Positions 17,725 through 27,113 of a stretch of DNA of 64,000 nt are shown here, one piece after another. Below the pieces are notes generated by a model. It made no database searches and had not been told where the DNA came from. It saw only the letters and a list, made by a program, of their open reading frames with translations. Each line of letters starts with the position of its first letter. Position 1 is the first letter of the stretch. A program made the position numbers and the translations under genes. Location: contig JAHJQN010000007.1 of the NCBI GenBank assembly GCA_018819225.1, positions 32,001-96,000 on the forward strand, written 5' to 3'. The stretch is from Candidatus Micrarchaeota archaeon (GTDB taxonomy: Archaea > Micrarchaeota > Micrarchaeia > Norongarragalinales > SBBD01).

Positions 17725-18423
17725 ATGGAATCCGTTTCAGTAGCGGTTATCGGAGGAGACGACGACGCAGCAGACGTGCTCTACTCGGGCTTGCGCGAGT
17801 TCCCGGCATCGAAAGTCGTCTTGATCGCCGAAGAGAAAGGCAAGCGGCAAGCGGAACAAATCAAGAAGGATTTGGAGAAGTTCAAGATCCCTTCCGTGAT
17901 CGAAGTCATTCAGAACAAGGCGAGCATGGAAGACGTGTTTGCGCACGTGGCCCGAATCCGGGAACGCGAAGTCAACAAACGCATCACCATGAACGTTGAC
18001 ACGGACTACCGAAGCTCGTGCATTGCGTTATCCGCTGCGTTTGTGAACGGCATTCAGGCCATCGGCGTATTGGATGAAAAGATCATCGCGTACCCCATCA
18101 TGAAATTTAGTTACTACACGGCGCTCTCCGAACGAAAAATCTCGTTGCTGAAAACGCTGTTTGATCAGAACGGCGTGGACTCGCTGGAGATGTTGAGTCG
18201 GCTGACGGGCATGAGCCTGCCCCTTGCAACTTACCATGTCCGCGGAAGCCGAAACAAGCCCGGATTGGAAGAGCTGGGTCTCGTGAAAACGAACCGGCAT
18301 GGAGGAAGACTGGCAGTCGGGCTCACGCCGCTAGGCAGACTGATCAGCAAGGGCTACGTGGACGTGCAAGAAAGCGGCCGCGAACGCAAGAAAGACAAGA
18401 GACGAGGGAAATTCGTTGCTTAA
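17725..18423 (+). CDS. CARF-like (DUF6293/Csa3-like) Rossmann domain + wHTH transcriptional regulator
   Basis: N-terminal Rossmann-like strands (KVVLI, ITMNV, SAAFVNG); C-terminal wHTH (SLEMLSRLTGMSLPLATYH..LEELGLV..LTPLGR). Confidence 0.65.
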   Translation: MESVSVAVIGGDDDAADVLYSGLREFPASKVVLIAEEKGKRQAEQIKKDLEKFKIPSVIEVIQNKASMEDVFAHVARIREREVNKRITMNVDTDYRSSCIALSAAFVNGIQAIGVLDEKIIAYPIMKFSYYTALSERKISLLKTLFDQNGVDSLEMLSRLTGMSLPLATYHVRGSRNKPGLEELGLVKTNRHGGRLAVGLTPLGRLISKGYVDVQESGRERKKDKRRGKFVA

Positions 18424-18476
18424 ACCATAGTTTCTTAAAGCAATAGTGCGCGTTAATTGAGAGGAGGTGTGGAGTC

Positions 18477-19262
18477 ATGGAATCGAATAGCGCTTACGCG
18501 ATCGCCGGCAGCTTCTTGATATCCAGTATCATTTTAGCGGCGAGCTTGCTTTACGCAACTGGAAACGTGAACCATAGCTTGCAGCAGATTTCGACGAATC
18601 TCAACGGCATGGAAAGCATGGCTGCACTTGCGCCACTGGCTGCGGATACCGTTCCCATTCAACCAACGATTCAACAAACCGCTCCCGCGGTACCGCCCGC
18701 GCAAGCACCCGCTGCTCCCGCGCAACCCGGAGACCTTCCATCCAGCATCAAACTGGAAGGCAGGCCGTCTTGGGGAAATGAAAACGCACCCGTCACTATC
18801 GTCGAATATTCCGACTTCCAATGCCCGTTCTGCTCGCGCTTCTTTACTCAAACCGAAGCCCCTCTAGGAGAAGAGTACGTAAATACCGGCAAGGTACGCT
18901 TCGTGTACAAGCACTTCCCGTTGAGAAGCATCCATCCGAACGCCCAGAAAGCATCGGAAGCAACGGAATGCGCCTTTGACCAAGGCAAGTTCTGGGAGAT
19001 GCACGACATTATTTTCAACAACCAAAACGCCATCGGAGTCGATGCGTTGAAAGGATACGCCGAAGAATTGGGGCTCGACATCCAACGCTTTAACGAGTGC
19101 CTGGATTCCGGGGAGAAAGAAGCGATTGTCGAGGCGGATTTGCAGGAAGGGTTGGCGCATGGCGTGCAAGGAACCCCTGCGTTCTTCGTGAACAACCAGT
19201 TCGTGTCAGGAGCGCAACCGTATACCGTGTTCCAGCAGATCCTGGCGTCGCAAGGCGTTTAA
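18477..19262 (+). CDS. DsbA/BdbD-family thiol-disulfide oxidoreductase, membrane anchored
   Basis: GNENAPVTIVEYSDFQCPFC, KHFPL, GVQGTPAFFVN, GAQP. Confidence 0.95.
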   Translation: MESNSAYAIAGSFLISSIILAASLLYATGNVNHSLQQISTNLNGMESMAALAPLAADTVPIQPTIQQTAPAVPPAQAPAAPAQPGDLPSSIKLEGRPSWGNENAPVTIVEYSDFQCPFCSRFFTQTEAPLGEEYVNTGKVRFVYKHFPLRSIHPNAQKASEATECAFDQGKFWEMHDIIFNNQNAIGVDALKGYAEELGLDIQRFNECLDSGEKEAIVEADLQEGLAHGVQGTPAFFVNNQFVSGAQPYTVFQQILASQGV

Positions 19263-19335
19263 GCCTTCAAAAGGCGGAAAGAGTTATTAAGCAGAACCGC
19301 TAGTAATAGTTTCTTTTGTTATGGGGGTATAGCAC

Positions 19336-20943
19336 TTGACTAAATTTATTTTTGTAACCGGGGGCGTTCTGAGTTCCCTGGGAAAAGGCGTGCTAACGGC
19401 TTCCATCGCCCACCTCCTCAAACTGAACGGAATACGCGCCAGCCTCATGAAAATCGATCCGTACTTGAATTGCGATGCGGGAACGTTAAATCCTTACGAA
19501 CACGGGGAAGTATTCGTCACGCAAGACGGATTCGAGTGCGACTTGGATGTCGGCAATTATGAACGCTTCCTCGATATTTTCGCGGTCAAGCAACAGAACC
19601 TGATGATGGGAAGCGTATACAAATCCGTTGTGGAGAGGGAACGCAAAGGCGAATTTCTGGGAAACACGATTCAACTGATACCGCATGCGACCAACGAGAT
19701 CAAGAAACGCATCCGAAGGTGCGCGCAAGTTACTGGAGCCGACGTGTTACTCGTGGAAATCGGGGGAACGGTTGGAGATATTGAAAGCGAAGTGGTTTTG
19801 GAAGCGGCCAGACAGATGCGATTCGAAAACGGGAAAGATCCTTCCGTACTGTTCATTCACTTGGCCCTCGTACCGCTGATCATCACGAATGAACAGAAAA
19901 CCAAGCCCATGCAACACAGCGTGAAGGCGATTCTGGCGAGAGGCATTACGCCCGACGTGCTCGTCGCGCGTTGTTCGCAACCATTACTGGAAAGCACCAA
20001 AAAGAAGATCGCACTCATGTGCAACGTACTGCCGGAAGCCGTGTTTTCTTCACCAGATCAAAAAGACATTTACAACCTGCCTGCGGAATTGCGCAGGCAA
20101 GGCATTGAACCCGTGCTCGAAGAAAAGCTGGCGTTAACGTTCAAACCCAAGAAAAAGGATGAGTGGGAAGTCCTGCTGGAAAAGCACCAGAGCGTCAAAA
20201 CGCACCGGAAAATCGCGGTGATTGGCAAATACGCGCAGACCACGAAGGACACGTACATGAGCGTCTTTGAAGCCATACGGCATGCGTGCGTGCACGCGGG
20301 AGTCAAAGGCGAAATCGTGCTCGTGAATTCCGAAAATATCGAGAAAGAGAAGGAGGATTTGAGTCAATACCACGCATTCATTATCCCGGGAGGATTCGGA
20401 AGCCGGGGAACGGAAGGAAAAATCAAGGCCATTCAGTACGCGCGGGAAAACAAGGTCCCGCTGTTAGGCATTTGTTACGGATTGCAATTATCCGTAATTG
20501 AGTTCGCGCGCAACGTGTTGGGTTTCAAGGACGCGAACTCGACAGAAATCAATCCGGAAACCAAGCATCCCGTCATTGACTTGCTGCCAGAGCAAAAGAA
20601 GATTGAGGATAAGGGGGGAACGATGCGATTGGGCGCGTATCACGTCCTCGTGAAGGAGAATACGCTGGCCGCCTCCCTCTATGCGAAAGAAATGAAGAAT
20701 AAACACATATTCAAACGATTCCGGCATCGTTACGAAGTCAACCCGGAATTCGTCTCGCGGCTTGAGGAGAAGGGAATGGTGTTTTCGGGTCGCGACCCCA
20801 AGCGGGAGATCATGAAAAACGCGGAGCTTCCGCAAGACGTGCACCCGTATTTTATTGGAAGTCAATATCATCCAGAGTTTGACTCGCGTTTAGAGCAACC
20901 CGAGCCCTTGTTCTACGGGCTCGTAAAGGCGACGTTAAAATAA
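19336..20943 (+). CDS. pyrG: CTP synthase
   Basis: KFIFVTGGVLSSLGKG, KIDPYLN, KTKPMQ, PGGFG, GICYG, RHRYE, QYHPE; TTG start. Confidence 0.98.
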   Translation: MTKFIFVTGGVLSSLGKGVLTASIAHLLKLNGIRASLMKIDPYLNCDAGTLNPYEHGEVFVTQDGFECDLDVGNYERFLDIFAVKQQNLMMGSVYKSVVERERKGEFLGNTIQLIPHATNEIKKRIRRCAQVTGADVLLVEIGGTVGDIESEVVLEAARQMRFENGKDPSVLFIHLALVPLIITNEQKTKPMQHSVKAILARGITPDVLVARCSQPLLESTKKKIALMCNVLPEAVFSSPDQKDIYNLPAELRRQGIEPVLEEKLALTFKPKKKDEWEVLLEKHQSVKTHRKIAVIGKYAQTTKDTYMSVFEAIRHACVHAGVKGEIVLVNSENIEKEKEDLSQYHAFIIPGGFGSRGTEGKIKAIQYARENKVPLLGICYGLQLSVIEFARNVLGFKDANSTEINPETKHPVIDLLPEQKKIEDKGGTMRLGAYHVLVKENTLAASLYAKEMKNKHIFKRFRHRYEVNPEFVSRLEEKGMVFSGRDPKREIMKNAELPQDVHPYFIGSQYHPEFDSRLEQPEPLFYGLVKATLK

Positions 20944-21233
20944 TCACTGGAAATGGGCTCCGAAAGCGCGTTAAAAGGAGTGATTCACTGCAAGCATAGG
21001 GTGCAGCACGCGTTGCAAGAAGTGAAAAGGAATTTGAAACTGGAGATAAGTTTATTAAGCGGTCAACGAGCCGATTTGAAATACGAAAGTGGGTTGAACC
21101 AACGGATTGACTTGGACGGTGGCCGGTTTCGCCAACGGGACCGGCACCTCCTTTTTACGGGATTCGCATGATGTTCCGCACGCGAGAGCTCGTCATCTTC
21201 GTCGAAGAAGCCGGTCGGATGCGTGAGATATAG

Positions 21234-23309
21234 ATGGCAGAAACCCTTCAGAAAATGGCGGAAGAAACCCCGAAAAGCGACGAGGGACGTCGGTTCGAAG
21301 AATTTTTCCAAGAAGTCATGCGGCACGAGCTCGCAGAACTCGCGGAACAATACCCCCAACAACGCTCGCTATCCATTGACTTTCAGAAACTCGTGTTGTT
21401 TGACCACAAACTCGCGGACGGACTGCTGGAACGACCGGACCACTTCCTGAAGGTGGCGGAAGAGGCGTTGGAAGGACTTCAATTTCCAACGGCAGTAGGG
21501 TCCTTGAAAGCGCACGTGCGTTTCCGGAATCTGGATGAAGATCGGGTCATCATGGTGCAGAATCTGGGCGCGCAACATTTGGACAAGTTCATTGCCGTGG
21601 AAGGCATCATTTCTCTTGCAACGGAAATCAAGCCCGTTATCAAGCGAGCGCATTTCGAGTGCCTGCACTGCGGACTGAAAAGCTACACGTTCCCGGAAAA
21701 AAACATTTTGAAAACGCCGGACTACTGCCGTTGCGGACGAAAAGACTTCAAGCACTTGGACAAGGAAGACGAGTTCGTGAACATGCAGAACGCGCAAATG
21801 CAGGACCTCGTTGAAAAACTGAAGGGGAATTCCCCGACCTCGCACATTTCGCTTTGGGTGGAAGACGATCTCGTGAACCAAGTGGCTCCCGGAGAAAAAT
21901 TCCTGGTCACGGGCATCTTGAGAAAACGGCCGGTGACGAAAGACCGAAAGCAAACCAGCGTGTACGAAAAATTGCTGGAAATCTGGCACTTGGAACGAAG
22001 CGAAAAAGAATTCGAAGAGTTAGAAGTGACGGCCGAAGAGGAAGCGGAACTCGTGGCGTTGAGCAAGCGAACGGACTTGTTCGAAACCATCGTGAAAAGC
22101 ATCGCGCCCAGCATTTACGGTTACCCGGAAATGAAGCTCGCCATCGCGCTGCAGATGTTCGGAGGCAACACGGACAAAATCTTGCCGGACGGAAAACGCG
22201 TGCGAGGTGAAATTCACGCGTTACTCATTGGAGATCCGGGTACCGCGAAAACGGCCACGCTGCAATACGCCTCGCGCCTTGCCCCCAAATGCATCTACGT
22301 GTCCGGAAAAGGGACTTCCGGAGTCGGATTGACGGCATCCGCGGAAAAAGACGAGTTCGGGGAAGGATGGGTGCTGAAAGCAGGAGCGTTAGTGCTCGCA
22401 TCCGGAGGGCAAGTGGCCGTGGATGAATTGGATAAGATGACGGAAGACGATCGCAGCGCAATGCATGAAGCGCTTGAAAGCGGAACCATCAGCATTGCGA
22501 AAGCCGGAATTGTCACGCGGTTCAATGCGCGAACGTCCGTGCTGGCCGCAGCGAACCCGAAACTAGGGCGGTTTAATCCCGCGGAGCCGCCGGCCAACCA
22601 ATTCGAGATTCCGCCCACGCTATTATCCCGTTTCGACCTCGTGTTCCCCATCAAAGACGTGTTGGATGAAGTGCAGGATAGCAAGGTGGCGGAACACATC
22701 CTGAAAGGGCATCGCGCATCGTTAGGGAGCGATCAAGAAAAAATGGATATCTCACCCGAAATCTCGATTGAAAAACTGAGAAAATACATTGCGTACGCGA
22801 GAAGAAACTTTTCCCCCGTATTAACATTGGAGGCCAGCGCAAAAATCAAGGAGTATTACTTGCGCTTGAGGAAAATGGGGATGAAGCAAAACTATTACCC
22901 GGTTACGGCGAGACAGATTGAAGGATTGATTCGCTTGGCGGAGGCGAGCGCGAAAGCCCGTTTCAGTAAACACGTCATGATGATTGACGCGGACCGGGCG
23001 ATTACGTTAACGGAATACGTGTTGCGAACCGTCTTCATGGACCGGGAAACCGGGAGAATAGATAGCGACATCATCAACATCGGACAACCGAAAAGCAAGA
23101 TCGACCGCGCGCGAACCGTGCTAGAAATCATTGAAGACAAGGAGCGCGACGTGGATATGGTGTCCGTGGAAGAGGTCGTGAAGGAAGCGGAATCATTGGG
23201 TATTGAAGAGAAAAAGGCGCGCGAAATTTTGGATCAACTGCACAAGCAGGCGGAAATCTTCCGACCGAAAAGCGGTTTCGTGCGAACCTCCAGAAAAAGG
23301 CGGGATTAA
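21234..23309 (+). CDS. mcm: Replicative MCM helicase
   Basis: Zn finger, SIAPSIYG, GDPGTAKT, DELDKM, AAANP, SRFD, C-terminal wHTH; no intein. Confidence 0.98.
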   Translation: MAETLQKMAEETPKSDEGRRFEEFFQEVMRHELAELAEQYPQQRSLSIDFQKLVLFDHKLADGLLERPDHFLKVAEEALEGLQFPTAVGSLKAHVRFRNLDEDRVIMVQNLGAQHLDKFIAVEGIISLATEIKPVIKRAHFECLHCGLKSYTFPEKNILKTPDYCRCGRKDFKHLDKEDEFVNMQNAQMQDLVEKLKGNSPTSHISLWVEDDLVNQVAPGEKFLVTGILRKRPVTKDRKQTSVYEKLLEIWHLERSEKEFEELEVTAEEEAELVALSKRTDLFETIVKSIAPSIYGYPEMKLAIALQMFGGNTDKILPDGKRVRGEIHALLIGDPGTAKTATLQYASRLAPKCIYVSGKGTSGVGLTASAEKDEFGEGWVLKAGALVLASGGQVAVDELDKMTEDDRSAMHEALESGTISIAKAGIVTRFNARTSVLAAANPKLGRFNPAEPPANQFEIPPTLLSRFDLVFPIKDVLDEVQDSKVAEHILKGHRASLGSDQEKMDISPEISIEKLRKYIAYARRNFSPVLTLEASAKIKEYYLRLRKMGMKQNYYPVTARQIEGLIRLAEASAKARFSKHVMMIDADRAITLTEYVLRTVFMDRETGRIDSDIINIGQPKSKIDRARTVLEIIEDKERDVDMVSVEEVVKEAESLGIEEKKAREILDQLHKQAEIFRPKSGFVRTSRKRRD

Positions 23310-23349
23310 AAGCGCTGGACGCCCTAGATGAGTCGAGGGAGCGAAGAAC

Positions 23350-23910
23350 GTGAAACACCGCATTAGAAAACGAGTGCTCGAAAAACGATCGGCCCACTAC
23401 GCCCACTCCGCACTCGTAAAAGACCGGCGGATTGCAGAGCGATTGGCGGCGCATGCATCGTTCCGTCAAGCCCAAACAATTTTATTGTATGCGGCAAAAC
23501 CAGGAGAAGTCGGCACGGCTGCCTTGTTTGAAAAAGCAATGAAAGAAGGAAAACGGGTCGCGTTGCCAAAAGTTAAGGGCCGTCTCATGGAAGCACGGGA
23601 AGTGAAACGGTGGAGCGAGTTGAAGAGAGGTGCATTCGGAATACCGGAACCCGCTGCAAGAAACCGGTGCGTTAAACCTGGCGAAATCGATCTCGTCGTC
23701 GTGCCGGGCATCGCGTTCGATCGAAACGGGCACCGGATCGGTTTCGGGATGGGGTATTATGACCGATTTCTCAAACGAGTCGGAAAAAAGGCGGTGCGCG
23801 TGGGCATCGCTTACGCGTTTCAAATCGTCAAGGAATTACCGTTTGAAGAGCACGATGTAAGAATGCATTTCCTGGTAACGGAAAAAAGAGCGGTGAACAC
23901 GCGTGCCTGA
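23350..23910 (+). CDS. 5-Formyltetrahydrofolate cyclo-ligase
   Basis: FGIPEP, IDLVVVPGIAFDRNGHRIGFGMGYYDRFL, HDV. Confidence 0.95.
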   Translation: MKHRIRKRVLEKRSAHYAHSALVKDRRIAERLAAHASFRQAQTILLYAAKPGEVGTAALFEKAMKEGKRVALPKVKGRLMEAREVKRWSELKRGAFGIPEPAARNRCVKPGEIDLVVVPGIAFDRNGHRIGFGMGYYDRFLKRVGKKAVRVGIAYAFQIVKELPFEEHDVRMHFLVTEKRAVNTRA

Positions 23911-23962
23911 AAGCGCAACCGAGGTATTGCGAAACGAGGATTCGCGCTTAAAACGCCAGATT

Positions 23963-24181
23963 ATGAACGGGAAAAAGGCGGGTGGATTGAGGTCGAGCAC
24001 ACGCGACGGTTTCCACGCGGAAGAAATGATTGGGGTGTGGGCGCGAACATTGGGAAAAATCATTGAAACGCATGCGGACGTGTTTGGCCCCGTACACCCG
24101 CACAGAGTCCAACTCGAACATCTTGAAAACGCTCGAGTTAGATTGCTACACCGGATCCTGCTTCGATATCGAAACGATTAG
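23963..24181 (+). CDS. Small hypothetical protein
   Basis: Fills the gap between convergent genes; no recognisable motif. Confidence 0.35.
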   Translation: MNGKKAGGLRSSTRDGFHAEEMIGVWARTLGKIIETHADVFGPVHPHRVQLEHLENARVRLLHRILLRYRND

Positions 24182-25005
24182 AAAAAAAGCCCGCCTTGGC
24201 CGGCAATCTTTTTTCCGATCAAACGATTGATTTCCAGCACGCGAATCGACCGGCTTTGCTCGAGAAAGAGGAGCGAGCCCTTGTTTCCAACGACCGTGCC
24301 CTGAAGCGCTTCCGTGACCAAGGGAATCTCTTTGAAAGAAGGATAACGGGAAGAGAAATCAAAGAATTCGAGAACCGCGGAAGCGCGAGGAAACAGGGAA
24401 AAATCAGGGTCCTCCAAGATTTGCTCGGCTTTCAAGCGAAACGCAGGAAACGTTTTTTCCTTGGAAAACACGAGGCGCTTGATTTTTTGTTTACCGTACA
24501 AGGCATTGCGCAACCCTTTCCGGTGCAGCAACGTTTCAATGCGCCGGGCCTCCTTGCCATCCGTCATGCGGAATAGAGCTGTCGCGAAATCCGCGCCTTG
24601 CTCAAACCAACGCAACGGAACGCGGTGCGCTCCGGTCACCCCGGCCTTGATATCGGAAGCGAAACCCGCCAAATAAACCACGAGTACCTGTTCCCTGCAG
24701 TCTGCACGAATCGAGGCATCCGCCAAGCACACGCTGCCGTCGCACTTAAGGCAAGGCAGGCGCGCGTCGTCTTGCTGGCAATAACGACACTGCGAACCCG
24801 AACGTAATGACGTGGAGAACGGACAGGGATGAGGCTCGCCATCGATCTCCGTGTAACCAACACAGTAGCGTTCGGGGGTGAGTTGGTAGGCGAGCGGCAT
24901 GCCCTTGGAAAGAGGGAGCACGGAAAATTCGCGGGAATCTTTGGCGTAGAGCTGGAGCTCCGGCGAACCGTCCTCGGAATAGCGCACGCCTATCAGATGC
25001 TTCAT
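24178..25005 (-). CDS. DUF2797 family Cys-rich (Zn-finger) protein
   Basis: RYCVG..CP..QC..C..C..CDG..C..C, VVYLA.F..IKAG, RWFEQGA, AR.IE; ends QGGLFF. Confidence 0.8.
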   Translation of the reverse strand: MKHLIGVRYSEDGSPELQLYAKDSREFSVLPLSKGMPLAYQLTPERYCVGYTEIDGEPHPCPFSTSLRSGSQCRYCQQDDARLPCLKCDGSVCLADASIRADCREQVLVVYLAGFASDIKAGVTGAHRVPLRWFEQGADFATALFRMTDGKEARRIETLLHRKGLRNALYGKQKIKRLVFSKEKTFPAFRLKAEQILEDPDFSLFPRASAVLEFFDFSSRYPSFKEIPLVTEALQGTVVGNKGSLLFLEQSRSIRVLEINRLIGKKIAGQGGLFF

Positions 25006-25100
25006 GAGTGCATACCCTCGAAGAAGAACAGAAATAAAAGCGGGTGGGTAGCGCGCTTCCCCTGAAAACCTATTTAAACAACGGAGGAATAGGAACGGTC

Positions 25101-25628
25101 ATGGACCTCAAACAAATGATCCGCGACATGATTCAAAGCGGAATGAGCAACGAAGAAATCGTCGAAAATTTGAAAGAACTGGGAATCGAGAATGTGAATG
25201 ACGTGTTGGACGAAACGTTGCGCGACGAGGCAGAAAAAGCCAAGAAAAAAGTCGCCCATATTGTGAAAAAAGAGCCGGGGCCCGACGACGAAATAGGGGA
25301 CGCGGAACCCGAGGAAGGCAAACCGTTGTTTGAAGAACCGCCCGCTATGCAGCCGCATGAAAAAGAAGCGGCAAAAAAAGCCACGGAAGAGATTCCCGAA
25401 TTGGAGATCACGAGTGTCAGCGGAAACCAGGAAAAACAAACGAATATCGAGGAAATGCTGGGAAAGGCGGAAATGAAGAGGATGCCGCACACCGCGCTCT
25501 CGAACGTCGAAGACGTGGAAAACAAGCTGGATGAAGCGATCGCGTTGCTGAAAAGCGTGCAAGACATTAATCAGAAAATATTGGAAGCCAACCGCGACGT
25601 GCTGTTGCGCTTGAAGATGCAGAAATAA
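25101..25628 (+). CDS. Acidic protein with C-terminal coiled coil
   Basis: ATG 25101; E/K-rich; C-terminal heptads. Confidence 0.7.
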   Translation: MDLKQMIRDMIQSGMSNEEIVENLKELGIENVNDVLDETLRDEAEKAKKKVAHIVKKEPGPDDEIGDAEPEEGKPLFEEPPAMQPHEKEAAKKATEEIPELEITSVSGNQEKQTNIEEMLGKAEMKRMPHTALSNVEDVENKLDEAIALLKSVQDINQKILEANRDVLLRLKMQK

Positions 25629-25629
25629 C

Positions 25630-26121
25630 TCAATACCGTTTCAGCGATTTTTCGATCCGGTCCAAGCGTTTGTTGATGGATTTCACGCGACCCGACGTGA
25701 CGTCGCGGCGCATGGCCTGGTGCTTCGTACCCACTTCACCACGATGACCAAACATGTTCTGGCGCATCTGCGAACCCCGCGAAAGAAACTGGTGCCACGG
25801 GGCCTGCGTGCGTTTCTCGTAGGCGTCCAACGCTGAAAACATGCCCATCGTCGTCGCCAAATAGGCGTCGCCAATCCCGAAATTTCCGCCGCTCATTACG
25901 ATAATGGGTTGTTGAACCGGTGGTTGAGAAGGGAGTTGGCCAGGGTCTTGCGGAGGAACGAGTGCGGGAGGAGCTGCGCGGTTAGATACCGCGGAATAGG
26001 CGCGCGAAAACATGAGGGCGAAGAACATGAAGAGTACGGCCAAGAAAATCCATTCGACTTGCAGGAAGAACGCTATGGCAGCGAGCACAATGAGAACATA
26101 GTAGACGGTGTTCTGTTCCAT
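25630..26121 (-). CDS. Small membrane protein (2 TM + Pro-rich linker + coiled tail)
   Basis: Abuts upstream gene stop; hydrophobic N-terminus. Confidence 0.7.
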   Translation of the reverse strand: MEQNTVYYVLIVLAAIAFFLQVEWIFLAVLFMFFALMFSRAYSAVSNRAAPPALVPPQDPGQLPSQPPVQQPIIVMSGGNFGIGDAYLATTMGMFSALDAYEKRTQAPWHQFLSRGSQMRQNMFGHRGEVGTKHQAMRRDVTSGRVKSINKRLDRIEKSLKRY

Positions 26122-26508
26122 TTAATCGTGCTCGTCGTGTTCCCGGCGACGCGGCTGCCCCAAGCTGAAAAGGCTTTGAATAATACGGACAATGAGCACG
26201 ATCCACGCGCCCAATTTGCCGGAAATCCATTCGTCCCCGTCCGGATCGCCTGGAAAGTTGGGACGGAATTCGAATTTGCGGGGAAGGGCGCTACCTCCGC
26301 CTCCCGCTTGAACCACGATCGGCATTTGACCCCCCGGAGCCATGACGGCGCCTTGCATGGCCGCCGGCGCCTTTTGTTGGGTGGAGCCGAGCGCCATGAT
26401 GAGCGCGACGATGAATACGAGGAACGCGAGAAAAGTAGCGCCTGCAGACCAGAAGTAAAAAGCGATGCCGGCCATCACGATGAGCGTCAATGGATTCAAA
26501 TCATTCAC
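26122..26508 (-). CDS. Small membrane protein
   Basis: 2 TM + PIVVQAGGGG; abuts both neighbours with no gap. Confidence 0.7.
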   Translation of the reverse strand: MNDLNPLTLIVMAGIAFYFWSAGATFLAFLVFIVALIMALGSTQQKAPAAMQGAVMAPGGQMPIVVQAGGGGSALPRKFEFRPNFPGDPDGDEWISGKLGAWIVLIVRIIQSLFSLGQPRRREHDEHD

Positions 26509-26802
26509 CTACATATACGGGCCATACCCCATGCCTTGCGGCTGGGGCTGGTCCGAATCCTTTTTCACGATGAGCAAGAGGATGAGGAAGAGCCCGCCTA
26601 ATAAAACAGGACCTTGCGACCCGCCCAAAAACTCCGAATTCCATAGAAAAGCCAGTACACCTCCGATCACCGCAGCCAAAAGCAAATACTTGCTTTTTGC
26701 CGTGATGAGCAACAACGCGAACAACGCCACCACGAGCATGGTGTTATTGCTTTGCGCCGCCAGTATCATCAAAATGACGATGAAAAGAAACGTAAAATCC
26801 AT
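26509..26802 (-). CDS. Small 4-TM membrane protein
   Basis: Very hydrophobic; operon context. Confidence 0.7.
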   Translation of the reverse strand: MDFTFLFIVILMILAAQSNNTMLVVALFALLLITAKSKYLLLAAVIGGVLAFLWNSEFLGGSQGPVLLGGLFLILLLIVKKDSDQPQPQGMGYGPYM

Positions 26803-26812
26803 AATCTAACCG

Positions 26813-27061
26813 TTAATGTTCCGGGAATAGCCCTTCCAACATCACGTTGGGGAATTCCAACATGAACGTAATCGCGAAAACGAACCACGTAAACCACGTG
26901 ACGGGAATTAACACCAAGTACGTGATGACGATGGCGACGAGCAGCGAAATCATTTTATTGGGGATGTAGTGCAAGTTGAAGTGTTTGTACAAGGAGAAGA
27001 AAGTGAGGATTAGGATGACGATGTTCAAGCCGTCCATCAGACCGAGTAAAGGAAGGGTCAT
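26813..27061 (-). CDS. Small membrane protein
   Basis: Hydrophobic; start moved to ATG 27061 (or 27037), downstream of a TTTATATT box. Confidence 0.6.
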   Translation of the reverse strand: MTLPLLGLMDGLNIVILILTFFSLYKHFNLHYIPNKMISLLVAIVITYLVLIPVTWFTWFVFAITFMLEFPNVMLEGLFPEH

Positions 27062-27113
27062 AGGGGTTTTGGGACTTGCGAGCAATATAAAGGTTTTCGT
27101 GAGGGAAACCGCG

